DNA from: an uncultured bacterium
GTDB lineage: Bacteria; Patescibacteriota; Minisyncoccia; Phycocordibacterales; PALSA-1337
Reading direction: 5' to 3'
Assembly: GCA_903864905.1 (NCBI GenBank)
Contig: CAIPHR010000052.1
Location: forward strand, 1 to 47,260
Length of the DNA stretch: 47,260 nucleotides
Shown: positions 29,313 to 37,771 of the stretch, piece by piece
Layout: every line of letters begins with the position of its first letter
Position numbering within the stretch: the first letter of the stretch is position 1
Notes under the pieces: generated by a model
Databases searched by the model: none
Seen by the model: only the letters and a program-made list of their open reading frames with translations
Told to the model about the DNA's origin: nothing
Position numbers and translations under genes: made by a program

Positions 29313-29447
29313 TTATACAGCAACACGCTTACGACCCTTACTCCTGCGACGAGCAAGCACTTTTCGTCCTGAGGTCGTCTTCATGCGTACTCGAAAACCA
29401 GGAGATTTTGCACGCTTCCTCTTTTTTGGATTATATGTGAATGACAT
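29313..29447 (-). CDS. rpmH: 50S ribosomal protein L34
   Basis: Not in the ORF track (44 aa). Minus strand ATG 29447 to TAA 29313 translates to [44 protein letters not shown]. Confidence 0.9.
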   Translation of the reverse strand: MSFTYNPKKRKRAKSPGFRVRMKTTSGRKVLARRRSKGRKRVAV

Positions 29448-29586
29448 GAATACTACTGTACCTTATTATCAATAATAATTCAAGTTTTTAAAAATAAAAT
29501 AGTTATCAACATCTTATCAACATATTTTTGACCTCTCCACAAGTTTAAATATTTATAAACAGGTATATACTTAAAGAAAAAATTTC
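29448..29586. promoter_or_regulatory. rpmH-dnaA spacer: candidate oriC part / dnaA promoter with two near-consensus DnaA boxes and an AT-rich tract
   Basis: TTATCAACA at 29503-29511 and 29514-29522 (each 1 mismatch to TTATCCACA). AT run TTTTTAAAAATAAAAT at 29485-29500. Confidence 0.6.
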
Positions 29587-30936
29587 ATGCAAGACTATTC
29601 AAAAATGTGGCAAACGGCTTTAGTAGAAATAGAGACAATAGTGTCTCAAGCAAACTTTTCGACCTGGTTCAAAGAAACAAAGATACTGAAAGAAAATGAG
29701 GGAACAGTATATCTAGGTGTACCAAACTCATTTACACAAGAATGGTTATACAAAAAGTTTCATAACAATATATTACGTATACTTAGGGAAATGAATGATG
29801 GTATAAGAGCCCTAGAATACGTCATAACTAAAGAAAATGAGAAGTCACGCTCCAATGATGCAAAGAAGAAGGTTGTTGCTACGCCAACAATATCAATGCC
29901 TTTGCATGATTTCTATATAAACAAAGAGGATAACTTGAATCCTCGTTACACTTTTGATAATTTTGTAATAGGGCCATTCAATGAGCTTGCACACGCAGCT
30001 TCTCAAGCGGTCATAAAGAGCCCTGGTTTGGCTTACAATCCATTATTTGTATATGGAAGCACTGGTAGAGGTAAAACTCACCTTATTCAAGCTGTAGGCA
30101 ATCAAATAAAGAGACTTCACCCAAACAAAAAGGTCTTCTATCTAACATCAGAGAGGTTTGGTTCTGAGTTTTTCGTTGCAATTCAAGAAAACAAGGTTCA
30201 ACCATTCAAGGATAAATATAGAAAATATGATGTAATGATCATGGACGATGTACAATTCTTCTCACACAAAGAAAAATTCCAGGAAGAGTTATTCCATTTC
30301 TTCAATACTTTCCATGATACAGGAAGACAGCTAGTGTTTTCATCAGATAGACACCCAAACGTTATCCCTGGGCTAGAAGCTCGCCTAAGAGGCAGATTCA
30401 GTGTAGGAATGATAGTTGATATACCAGAACCAGATCATGAGTCTAGGATGGCAATAGTGAGAACCAAGTGTGGTATACACAACATAACACTATCTACAGA
30501 TACTGTAGAATATTTATCTGGATCAATAAATGATAATATCCGTGAAATAGAAGGTATAGTCAATGTTATAGCCTGCCAGACACAGTTAAAAAATAGGGAA
30601 TTGAATATAAATGAGATAAAAGATATATTAAAGAACAGTATAAAACCAAAGAAAACCGTTTCAATAAAAGATATAGTAAAAATAGTTTCTGATTTCTACA
30701 ATATAGATGAAGATAGTATATACAACAAAACTCGCAGAAAAGAGGTGGTTAAGCCACGCCAAGTTGTAATGTATATGTTGCGTGAAGATTTCAATATATC
30801 TTTTCCATCAATAGGTGAGAAACTTGGTGGTAGAGACCATACAACTGTTATACATTCATATGAGAAAATAAAGGAAGATATCAAAACAAATACCGTATTA
30901 TTACAAGAGGTCAATCAACTCCGATCTATGTTATAA
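29587..30936 (+). CDS. dnaA: Chromosomal replication initiator DnaA
   Basis: 449-aa ORF with AAA+ Walker A GSTGRGKTHL, Walker B MIMDDVQF, and a C-terminal DNA-binding domain (VKPRQVVMYMLRE...GGRDHTTVIHSYEKI). Confidence 0.95.
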   Translation: MQDYSKMWQTALVEIETIVSQANFSTWFKETKILKENEGTVYLGVPNSFTQEWLYKKFHNNILRILREMNDGIRALEYVITKENEKSRSNDAKKKVVATPTISMPLHDFYINKEDNLNPRYTFDNFVIGPFNELAHAASQAVIKSPGLAYNPLFVYGSTGRGKTHLIQAVGNQIKRLHPNKKVFYLTSERFGSEFFVAIQENKVQPFKDKYRKYDVMIMDDVQFFSHKEKFQEELFHFFNTFHDTGRQLVFSSDRHPNVIPGLEARLRGRFSVGMIVDIPEPDHESRMAIVRTKCGIHNITLSTDTVEYLSGSINDNIREIEGIVNVIACQTQLKNRELNINEIKDILKNSIKPKKTVSIKDIVKIVSDFYNIDEDSIYNKTRRKEVVKPRQVVMYMLREDFNISFPSIGEKLGGRDHTTVIHSYEKIKEDIKTNTVLLQEVNQLRSML

Positions 30937-31087
30937 AGCTGTGGATAATGTGTTGATTGTATGTATACAAGAATTAGAGACATAAGATAACAAACACTTT
31001 TCAACAGGATAACTTATAAGCAAATTAATATATAGAACCAATATTAGCCATAGAAAAAATTATCAACATATTCACACCCCTAATAAC
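30937..31087. promoter_or_regulatory. dnaA-dnaN spacer: candidate oriC part with one perfect and one near-consensus DnaA box
   Basis: TGTGGATAA at 30940-30948 (perfect, minus orientation). TTATCAACA at 31060-31068. Confidence 0.6.
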
Positions 31088-32194
31088 ATGAAATTTGAAA
31101 TAAACTTTAAAAAACTAAAAGACGCAATCAATCTAATAGAGAGGATAACTAGCAAACATATGACACTTCCAGTTCTGTCATGTGTGTTTATAGAGGTTGA
31201 TGATAATGTAGCGATATTCAAAGCAACTAACTTGGATATAGGTGTTGAAGTATCCGTACCAGTAAAAACAAATACAAAAGGTGTTGCTGCTGTTCCTGGT
31301 CAAATCCTATCCTCGTTCATTTCTCAAATTCAAGAAGACAATCAAGTTGTTAAGGTTGAAGTTATTTCGGGAAATTTGAATATTCAGGCCAGCAAATCAA
31401 AAGTTGTTATAAAAACACTAGCAACTGATGATTTTCCAACTATACCAAAGGTAATAGATGGGCAAGAGATGGATATACCTAGTGATGTGTTTATAAAAGG
31501 TCTAAAATCAGTAGGTTATAGTGCTTCAGTTTCTAGTGTAAAACCAGAATTATCCAGCGTTTATATATACAAGGATGGAGATTTTATAGTATTTGCAGCA
31601 ACTGACTCATTTCGATTGGCTGAAAAAAAGATCAAGGTACCATTATCATTGAAAATTGATGATATATTACTACCTTTCAAGAATATTTCTGATATTACTA
31701 GGATAATAGAAAGTATGGGTACAAACCTAAAAGCTAAGATGGGCAAGAATTTGATATCATTTGATGCAAATGGAATATATGTTGTATCACGTATCATTGA
31801 TGGAACATTTCCTGATTATAAACAGATAATACCAAAAGGGTATGCAACAGAGGTTATAACTTTGAAACAGGATATGTTGAACGCTTTGAAAATATCAAAT
31901 ATTTTTTCTGATAAATTCAACCAGATACATATAACAGTTGATCCAAAAGCAAAAATTTTCGATGTACAGACGAAAAATTCTGATATTGGAGAGAATAAAA
32001 CAAATATTGATGCATCTATAACAGGGGAAAAGATGGAGATCAATTTTAATTATAAGTATATAGTAGATTGTTTCCAGTCTATCGATGCTGATAGTATATC
32101 TTTGCAATTGAGTGGTATAAATAAACCAATGGTCATTCGACCAATTTCTGGAGATCAGACATTTATGTATTTAGTAATGCCTATGAATCGCTAG
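31088..32194 (+). CDS. dnaN: DNA polymerase III beta sliding clamp
   Basis: 368-aa ORF with a three-domain beta-clamp pattern (ATDSFRLAEKK, C-terminal FMYLVMPMN). Confidence 0.9.
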   Translation: MKFEINFKKLKDAINLIERITSKHMTLPVLSCVFIEVDDNVAIFKATNLDIGVEVSVPVKTNTKGVAAVPGQILSSFISQIQEDNQVVKVEVISGNLNIQASKSKVVIKTLATDDFPTIPKVIDGQEMDIPSDVFIKGLKSVGYSASVSSVKPELSSVYIYKDGDFIVFAATDSFRLAEKKIKVPLSLKIDDILLPFKNISDITRIIESMGTNLKAKMGKNLISFDANGIYVVSRIIDGTFPDYKQIIPKGYATEVITLKQDMLNALKISNIFSDKFNQIHITVDPKAKIFDVQTKNSDIGENKTNIDASITGEKMEINFNYKYIVDCFQSIDADSISLQLSGINKPMVIRPISGDQTFMYLVMPMNR

Positions 32195-32195
32195 T

Positions 32196-32456
32196 ATGTT
32201 CGGTATCGGTCATTTATTGAGAAAGATTCAAAACCGCCAAAGTAGTGAGGTTTTTGTTTCTGATATAGTAAGACTGGTATTAAAGGAGGAATTCAATAGA
32301 GATATTTTATTGGATGATATAAAGATCAAGGGTTCTGTAGTAACTATTTTAAATATAGGACAGACGATGAAATCTGAAATTTTTATCAGGAAACAGCTTC
32401 TATTAAAAAAAATCAATGAAAAACAACAAGTATTGTTAGTTATTGATCTGAAGTAG
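32196..32456 (+). CDS. DUF721-like small protein (DciA-type candidate)
   Basis: 86-aa ORF directly after dnaN. Size, position and the pattern V..V.IKGSVVTI......MKSEI...K..LLKKIN resemble DUF721 proteins. Its 3' end overlaps the convergent PBP gene by 17 nt. Confidence 0.45.
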   Translation: MFGIGHLLRKIQNRQSSEVFVSDIVRLVLKEEFNRDILLDDIKIKGSVVTILNIGQTMKSEIFIRKQLLLKKINEKQQVLLVIDLK

Positions 32457-34986
32457 ATAAGAAGTTGATACTAGCTTCTCCTTTATTGTAAGCGCTATCA
32501 AATACGTTAACTGTTATAGTATTGGAAGCATTGCTAATATTACCAACATCAGCTGGGACAAATGAGAAGTTTAGAGGATCTGAAGTTGCTGTAAGAACGT
32601 ATTTTCTGTTCAAATAGACTTCAGTTTTTATAGGAGTAAATGATCCGGAAAGAGAAATTTTTATAGGTAGTAGGTTTTGTGGGTTTAGTAGTACATTATT
32701 TGCAGGAGTAATAATCGTAATTTTTGGAACCTTATCCGCTGTATGAACATCATCAGTTGCTGTCGGTATAGTCGTACTACCAGATGTTTCTATAAATTCA
32801 GGATGTGTTTTCTGGTACTCAGAGAACCATTTCCTAACTCCATATTCCCAATATTGATATTGTGAATCTTGACTAGGATCTATTGGTGCAGATCCATGTG
32901 GGTCATCTTTATTTAGCCAATATAGAATAGTATGAACACTTTGTCTGATAACCTCCTGTTTTGTTTCGTCTGGTGTATATTGTGTAGCTAGTTTTCCAGA
33001 AATCTTATCTTTTGTATAAGAAACACCACCTTGCCATATACCACGTAAAACTGGCTTACCTTCGGTTAATGGTGGAGGAGGAGGTACAAATCCTTCTATT
33101 GGATAGTCTTTTATCGCTTGTGAAACGAATGCGCCCCAAATAGGGGCTATGATAAGTCCAGCGACATTGTGTTGCATTGGTGAATTGTTATTGTTTCCAG
33201 CCCAAGCACCGACCACCAAGTTAGGTGTATATCCTACAGCCCAAACATCTCGATAATCATTGGTTGTTCCTGTTTTTATGGCAACTTGTCTACCTACACT
33301 GTCAGCAATAGGCTTCAAACTCTCCATGCGAACATTTTTATCAGATAATATATCTGATATTTGCCTAGCAATTTCCGGTACTAGTCCTATAGTTGGTGTT
33401 GTTGAACCATTTTGTTCTAAAGTAGTACCTTTGTTGTCTGTAATCTGTAGTACTGATCTATATGGATTTCTCATACCATCATTTGCGAAAACACCATATG
33501 CACTAGTCAGATCTAGTAGAGAAACTTCTCCACCACCAAGAACCAATGTTAGACCGTATCTATTTGGGTCTGTAAGTGTAGTTATGCCCATTTCTTCTGC
33601 GGTTTGTATCGAAGCTGGTATTCCTGCCAAATAAAGTGCTTTTACAGCTGGAATATTTCTAGATTGAGCCAATGCTTTGCGAATAGTTAGTGGCCCTTCG
33701 AATATATTGTCATATTCATTTGGCGAGTAACAAGTTTTACTAGGATCTATTATTGTTGGGTCTTTAAGTTTACCTTCTACTGTACAATAATTGGAAAATT
33801 CTGTTTGTGCGTCAAATAATATCGTTTCTGGCGTATAACCTTTTTTGAATAGAGTTGAATAAACAAAAGGCTTGAATGTAGAACCAGGCTGTCTCTTTGC
33901 TAGAGCAATATTGTAGTTTCCATCTATTGTAGTGTCGAAGTAATCTTTTGAACCGACCATCGTTAGAATATCTCCAGTTTTTGGATCAATTGCGACCATT
34001 GCAGTGTTGCTGGCATTGAATGTAGATGAAAGGGAAGGGCTGAATTTATCAATGACATCTTCAGCCTTTTGTTGCATATCATAATTGAGTGTAGTTATAA
34101 CTTTGAAACCATTATTGTTTACTTGGTCCTCACCGTACTTTTGAACTAGATAGTCTATTATAAACATCACAAAGTGAGGTGCTCTAATGTTTGAGTCATT
34201 TTTTGAAAGAAACTGGACTTTTTCAGCTTTTGCTCTCGTATATTCATCAGTTGTTATGAGACCAAGGTCACGCATTCTCTGTAGAACAACAACATGTCTC
34301 GTATCTAGAGCATCACGGTGTGTTCTGTAAGGAGAATAATATGTTGGAGCTTGTGGTATTGCCGCTAGGTAAGCTGCTTCTGCTAGAGTCAGCTGGCTTG
34401 ATGGGTGTCCAAAATACTCGTTACTTGCTTCTTCGATACCGTATATCGTTCCACCATAAGGAGTCTCATTTAAATAGGTTTCTAGTATTTGATCCTTACT
34501 CATTACTTTTGTGAGTTTGATAGCTAGTACCCATTCTTTTATTTTTCTGGTTATTGTCTTGTCTTGTGTTAGTAGGGAATTCTTGATGACTTGTTGTGTG
34601 ATAGTTGAAGCCCCTTGCCCATATCCACCAGACGCTACGTTTGCAACTATTGCACGCAATATAGATACTGGTTCTATCCCAATATTTTTATAAAAATTGG
34701 AATCCTCTATAGCTATCGTTGCTTTTTGTGCGAACTGAGATATAGATGAAAGAGGTACATATGTAATCCTTACATTTTTCCCAGTGTCATAGAGTAATAC
34801 AGTTCCAGTTCTATCATATATCTTTGTTGATTCTGCTAGCTTTCTATCCTGAAAAGAGTTCATATCTGGCATCTTGAGTGTTGCAACCCAAAGTGTACCT
34901 GCTCCAACTATTATGAGTCCAAGTGATAATGTTACCATTATCAATCTTTTCAAGTGTCTCAATTTTGATTTCTTTCCTCGTGACAT
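32440..34986 (-). CDS. Class A penicillin-binding protein (glycosyltransferase + transpeptidase)
   Basis: GT51 motifs EDSNFYKNIGIEP, ASTITQQ, RKIKE. Transpeptidase motifs STFKP, SRN, KTGTT. The track start 35088 would overlap the next gene. ATG 34986 (MSRGKKSKLRHLK + TM) follows TGcTATAAT at 35007-34999. Confidence 0.9.
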   Translation of the reverse strand: MSRGKKSKLRHLKRLIMVTLSLGLIIVGAGTLWVATLKMPDMNSFQDRKLAESTKIYDRTGTVLLYDTGKNVRITYVPLSSISQFAQKATIAIEDSNFYKNIGIEPVSILRAIVANVASGGYGQGASTITQQVIKNSLLTQDKTITRKIKEWVLAIKLTKVMSKDQILETYLNETPYGGTIYGIEEASNEYFGHPSSQLTLAEAAYLAAIPQAPTYYSPYRTHRDALDTRHVVVLQRMRDLGLITTDEYTRAKAEKVQFLSKNDSNIRAPHFVMFIIDYLVQKYGEDQVNNNGFKVITTLNYDMQQKAEDVIDKFSPSLSSTFNASNTAMVAIDPKTGDILTMVGSKDYFDTTIDGNYNIALAKRQPGSTFKPFVYSTLFKKGYTPETILFDAQTEFSNYCTVEGKLKDPTIIDPSKTCYSPNEYDNIFEGPLTIRKALAQSRNIPAVKALYLAGIPASIQTAEEMGITTLTDPNRYGLTLVLGGGEVSLLDLTSAYGVFANDGMRNPYRSVLQITDNKGTTLEQNGSTTPTIGLVPEIARQISDILSDKNVRMESLKPIADSVGRQVAIKTGTTNDYRDVWAVGYTPNLVVGAWAGNNNNSPMQHNVAGLIIAPIWGAFVSQAIKDYPIEGFVPPPPPLTEGKPVLRGIWQGGVSYTKDKISGKLATQYTPDETKQEVIRQSVHTILYWLNKDDPHGSAPIDPSQDSQYQYWEYGVRKWFSEYQKTHPEFIETSGSTTIPTATDDVHTADKVPKITIITPANNVLLNPQNLLPIKISLSGSFTPIKTEVYLNRKYVLTATSDPLNFSFVPADVGNISNASNTITVNVFDSAYNKGEASINFLSTSDQ

Positions 34987-35011
34987 ATAGAGGATCTTAT
35001 TATAGCAGAGA

Positions 35012-35281
35012 TTAGACTTCCCATTTATCACCAAAAGGGTTGATCTCTTCATCGTCGAGTCCTGATTCTTCAGATGCAGATTCGTCACTTTCTTCGTTTG
35101 TAGTGAGTGGATCAGTCTCTGGTTTTTCTTCTACAACACCAACCACATCATCTTGGATGTATATATCTATAACTTTGTTAATCTTTGAAACAGGAGCAGC
35201 AATATCATCGGCATCTTCACTTGTATCCTTTATTAACGTTTTTGGCTTCTTATTGGATCGCAGTTGTTTGTTGTGTGGCAT
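35012..35281 (-). CDS. Hypothetical small, highly acidic protein
   Basis: 89-aa ORF with a basic N-terminus and an acidic tail ending EEINPFGDKWEV. The antisense ORF 35040-35288 is judged a shadow. Confidence 0.4.
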   Translation of the reverse strand: MPHNKQLRSNKKPKTLIKDTSEDADDIAAPVSKINKVIDIYIQDDVVGVVEEKPETDPLTTNEESDESASEESGLDDEEINPFGDKWEV

Positions 35282-35355
35282 ACTCTAATATTTAATAGTA
35301 ATAGTACATCTGTAATTTGTAGCAAAACCAATATAATTTTGCAAGAAACAAAAAC

Positions 35356-35364
35356 TGTGGATAA
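35356..35364 (-). promoter_or_regulatory. Perfect DnaA box (TGTGGATAA on plus strand; decamer CTGTGGATAA)
   Basis: Exact 9-mer, 6 nt beyond the ruvC stop. Confidence 0.6.
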
Positions 35365-35369
35365 CACAC

Positions 35370-35858
35370 TTATTTAACTATAGCAGAATGAGTTAATGCA
35401 ACAGCTATAGCATCAAATTCATCATCTACGGCATTATCCTTATGGATTGTTACTAGAAATCTCAGCATTTTCTTTATTCTGCCCTTATCACTTGTCCCAT
35501 CTCCAGTTATCGACATCTTTATCTGCATTGGACTATATTCATATACTTGAATATTTCTTTTTAGAGCTTCATATATGATGATTCCACGTGCTTCTGAAAC
35601 ACGCATTGCTGTTTTTTGATTCTTTGTTATGAAAAGATTTTCTATAGCTAGAAAAGTAGGCTTGTATTGATCGATCACCCTAGATACTTCTTGTCCAACA
35701 GAATAAAGTCTTTTATATATAGTCTCCTTTGATGAGGTCTGGAAACAGTCTGAATATATTACCAACTCTTTTCCTTTTTGGTGTTTTTCTATTATAGCTA
35801 TACCAACACGATCATACCCAGGATCAATGCCGAGTATTGTTATAGATGGATGATTCAT
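35370..35858 (-). CDS. ruvC: Holliday junction resolvase RuvC
   Basis: ILGIDPGYDRVGIAI N-terminus and a C-terminal DEFDAIAVAL-type acidic motif. ATG 35858 is chosen instead of track start 35939, which overlaps yebC. Confidence 0.85.
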   Translation of the reverse strand: MNHPSITILGIDPGYDRVGIAIIEKHQKGKELVIYSDCFQTSSKETIYKRLYSVGQEVSRVIDQYKPTFLAIENLFITKNQKTAMRVSEARGIIIYEALKRNIQVYEYSPMQIKMSITGDGTSDKGRIKKMLRFLVTIHKDNAVDDEFDAIAVALTHSAIVK

Positions 35859-35880
35859 TGCGTAGAAATTGGTACTTCTT

Positions 35881-36411
35881 TTACTCAGCATTCGTGAACA
35901 CTTCTTGGACCTCATCATTGGCTTCAAGTTCTTCAACAAGCCTAGTTAGGAGTTCTATATCGGCGTCTTCTAGTGGCATAGTTGTTGTAGCTGTCCAAGT
36001 ACCATTTGCTTTTGCAAAAGCCCATGATGCACTACCTGGTGAAGCTAGTTCATAACTATTTTTACTGAGTATGTGTTTAATCTCTTGAGCCGCCTTATTT
36101 CTATTGTCTGTTAAGGCTTCTACAAGTATTGCTATACCACCAGGACCATAAGTTTCATATATTATAGATTCCATATCAGCGCTATTATCTGTTGCTCCTT
36201 TCTTGATTGCACGCTCGACAGTGTCGTTCGGCATATTTTCTTTTCTTGCTTTATCGATAGCAGATACTAGTCCTGGGGAAGTGAGGTTACCGTGAGCCTT
36301 CTTTGATTCTACAGTTAACAATCGAACCAATTTGCCAAAATTTTTACTCTTTTGAGCGTCGTTCTTGGCTTTTATATGCTTAATTTTTGAGAATTTATTG
36401 TGTCCTGACAT
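35881..36411 (-). CDS. yebC: YebC/PmpR-family protein (short, 176 aa)
   Basis: MSGHNKFSKIKHIKAKNDAQKSKNFGKL...AIDKARKENMPNDTVERAIKKG matches the family signature. Confidence 0.8.
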   Translation of the reverse strand: MSGHNKFSKIKHIKAKNDAQKSKNFGKLVRLLTVESKKAHGNLTSPGLVSAIDKARKENMPNDTVERAIKKGATDNSADMESIIYETYGPGGIAILVEALTDNRNKAAQEIKHILSKNSYELASPGSASWAFAKANGTWTATTTMPLEDADIELLTRLVEELEANDEVQEVFTNAE

Positions 36412-36448
36412 ATATTTATGTGGTTATTAATTAATTATTTAATATTTA

Positions 36449-37459
36449 TTATAACAGCTTTGCAGAACCCTTTACACCTAGATGCTCATAAGCTTTATTG
36501 GTTGCAATCCTACCTCTAGCTGTTCTTTCTAACAATCCCAACTGGATGAGGTATGGTTCGTATACCTCTTCTATCGTAGCCTGTTCTTCAGATAATGCTG
36601 CTGCAATAGTATTCAAACCTACTGGGCCACCATTAAATTTGTTAACAATTACTTTTATGATATCCCGATCAGCAGAAGTTAGGCCCATAGTGTCTACACC
36701 TAGCATTTCCAAAGCTTTTAATACTATATCTTTGCTAAGTTTGGTCTTGTTTATCTGAGCATAGTCACGACATCTTTTCAGGTGATAATTTGCTGTACGT
36801 GGAGTGAATCTAGATCTGATCGCTATTTCTGATACAGCATCGTCGTCGATAATAGTATCTAGAATATTTGCTGAGCGTTTCACTATTTGAGAAATTTCTC
36901 TATCAGAATAAAACTCGAGCTTGAATACTCCACCAGAAAATCTTGATCTCAAAGGTGCAGATATCATCGCTATACGTGTAGTTGCTGCTATCAATGTGAA
37001 TGGAGGCAAATCGAGCTGGATAGTACGTGCAGATGGACCTTTGCCTATGATGATATCTAGTTTACCAGTTTCCATAGCGGGGTATAGTATCTCCTCGATG
37101 GCCTTATTCAGTCTATGTATCTCGTCTATAAATAGGATATCTCCACTTGAAAGGTTGGTCAATATAGAAGCCAGGTCACCAACCTTGAGTATTGCTGGTC
37201 CGGATGTCACACGCATTTGTGCGCCAGTTTCTTTTGCTATCAAATGGGCCAACGTTGTCTTACCCAAACCAGGAGGACCATAGAAAAGTATATGTTCAGG
37301 CGGGTGTTCACGCTCTTTTGCTGCTGTTAGAAGTATGTGGAGATTGTTCTTTATATTCTGCTGGCCTATATACTCATCCCAATGCGAAGGACGAAGGGTT
37401 TGGTCAAGAAAACCCAGGTCCTTTTCATTCGTTGTGGTTTTGTTGGAGACTATTGACAT
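36449..37459 (-). CDS. ruvB: Holliday junction branch-migration ATPase RuvB
   Basis: 336-aa ORF with Walker A GPPGLGKTT, Walker B LFIDEIHRL, and a C-terminal winged-helix region. Confidence 0.95.
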   Translation of the reverse strand: MSIVSNKTTTNEKDLGFLDQTLRPSHWDEYIGQQNIKNNLHILLTAAKEREHPPEHILFYGPPGLGKTTLAHLIAKETGAQMRVTSGPAILKVGDLASILTNLSSGDILFIDEIHRLNKAIEEILYPAMETGKLDIIIGKGPSARTIQLDLPPFTLIAATTRIAMISAPLRSRFSGGVFKLEFYSDREISQIVKRSANILDTIIDDDAVSEIAIRSRFTPRTANYHLKRCRDYAQINKTKLSKDIVLKALEMLGVDTMGLTSADRDIIKVIVNKFNGGPVGLNTIAAALSEEQATIEEVYEPYLIQLGLLERTARGRIATNKAYEHLGVKGSAKLL

Positions 37460-37507
37460 TTGGTTATGCTCATGCTAAGATAGCTGTAAAGTTTTTTATT
37501 TATTTTT

Positions 37508-37668
37508 CGAATACAAGAATCTCTAAGCAAGGGCCTTCCCAGGTTTGGGTATAGTGCTAAGGACATTCTGGTCGCTACGCTTGTCGTAGTATACTGTAAT
37601 TATCCTCGGGACTCTACCTCGCTTATCGCATCACGCGACGAGATTTTGCTTAGAGATTCTTATATTTG
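37508..37668. other. ~160-nt GC-enriched nested hairpin element (candidate structured ncRNA or complex terminator) between pilB and ruvB
   Basis: AAGAATCTCTAAGCAA (37515-37530) pairs perfectly with TTGCTTAGAGATTCTT (37646-37661). Inner helix TCTGGTCGC (37567-37575) / GCGACGAGA (37635-37643) is 8/9. Small hairpin CCCA-GGTT-TGGG at 37538-37549. Confidence 0.6.
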
Positions 37669-37742
37669 AGGTCTATATTTATCGGTACTTACTTCTCTTG
37701 CCATACTACTCTCTGAGGCAATCAAAAAGCAATGATTTTTTC

Positions 37743-37751
37743 TGTGGATAA
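37743..37751 (-). promoter_or_regulatory. Perfect DnaA box (TGTGGATAA on plus strand; decamer CTGTGGATAA)
   Basis: Exact 9-mer, 21 nt beyond the pilB stop. Confidence 0.6.
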
Positions 37752-37771
37752 TTATTAGAGAACACTTTCTA

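Noticed and set aside
29529-29541. ACCTCTCCACAAG upstream of dnaA shares an 11-nt exact match (ACCTCTCCACA) with the right arm of polA element copy 1
   Set aside because: Only the short right-arm fragment matches, with no left arm or core nearby. It could be a decayed fragment, but I cannot separate that from chance without a genome-wide search.
34987-35088. Long N-terminal extensions of track ORFs (PBP from 35088, ruvC from 35939, rpsO from 4123, polA from GTG 41232)
   Set aside because: The extensions overlap neighbouring genes or promoter boxes and add non-conserved residues. Internal ATGs give canonical N-termini and sit at the usual distance from TGnTAtAAT boxes.
37460-37771. Assigning the hairpin element to a known RNA family (6S, SRP/4.5S, RNase P, tmRNA)
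   Set aside because: I could not find the conserved motifs of any of these: no GGAA/AGCA SRP domain IV pattern, no RNase P GAGGAAAGUCC, and no tRNA-like 3' end. It is left as an unclassified candidate.
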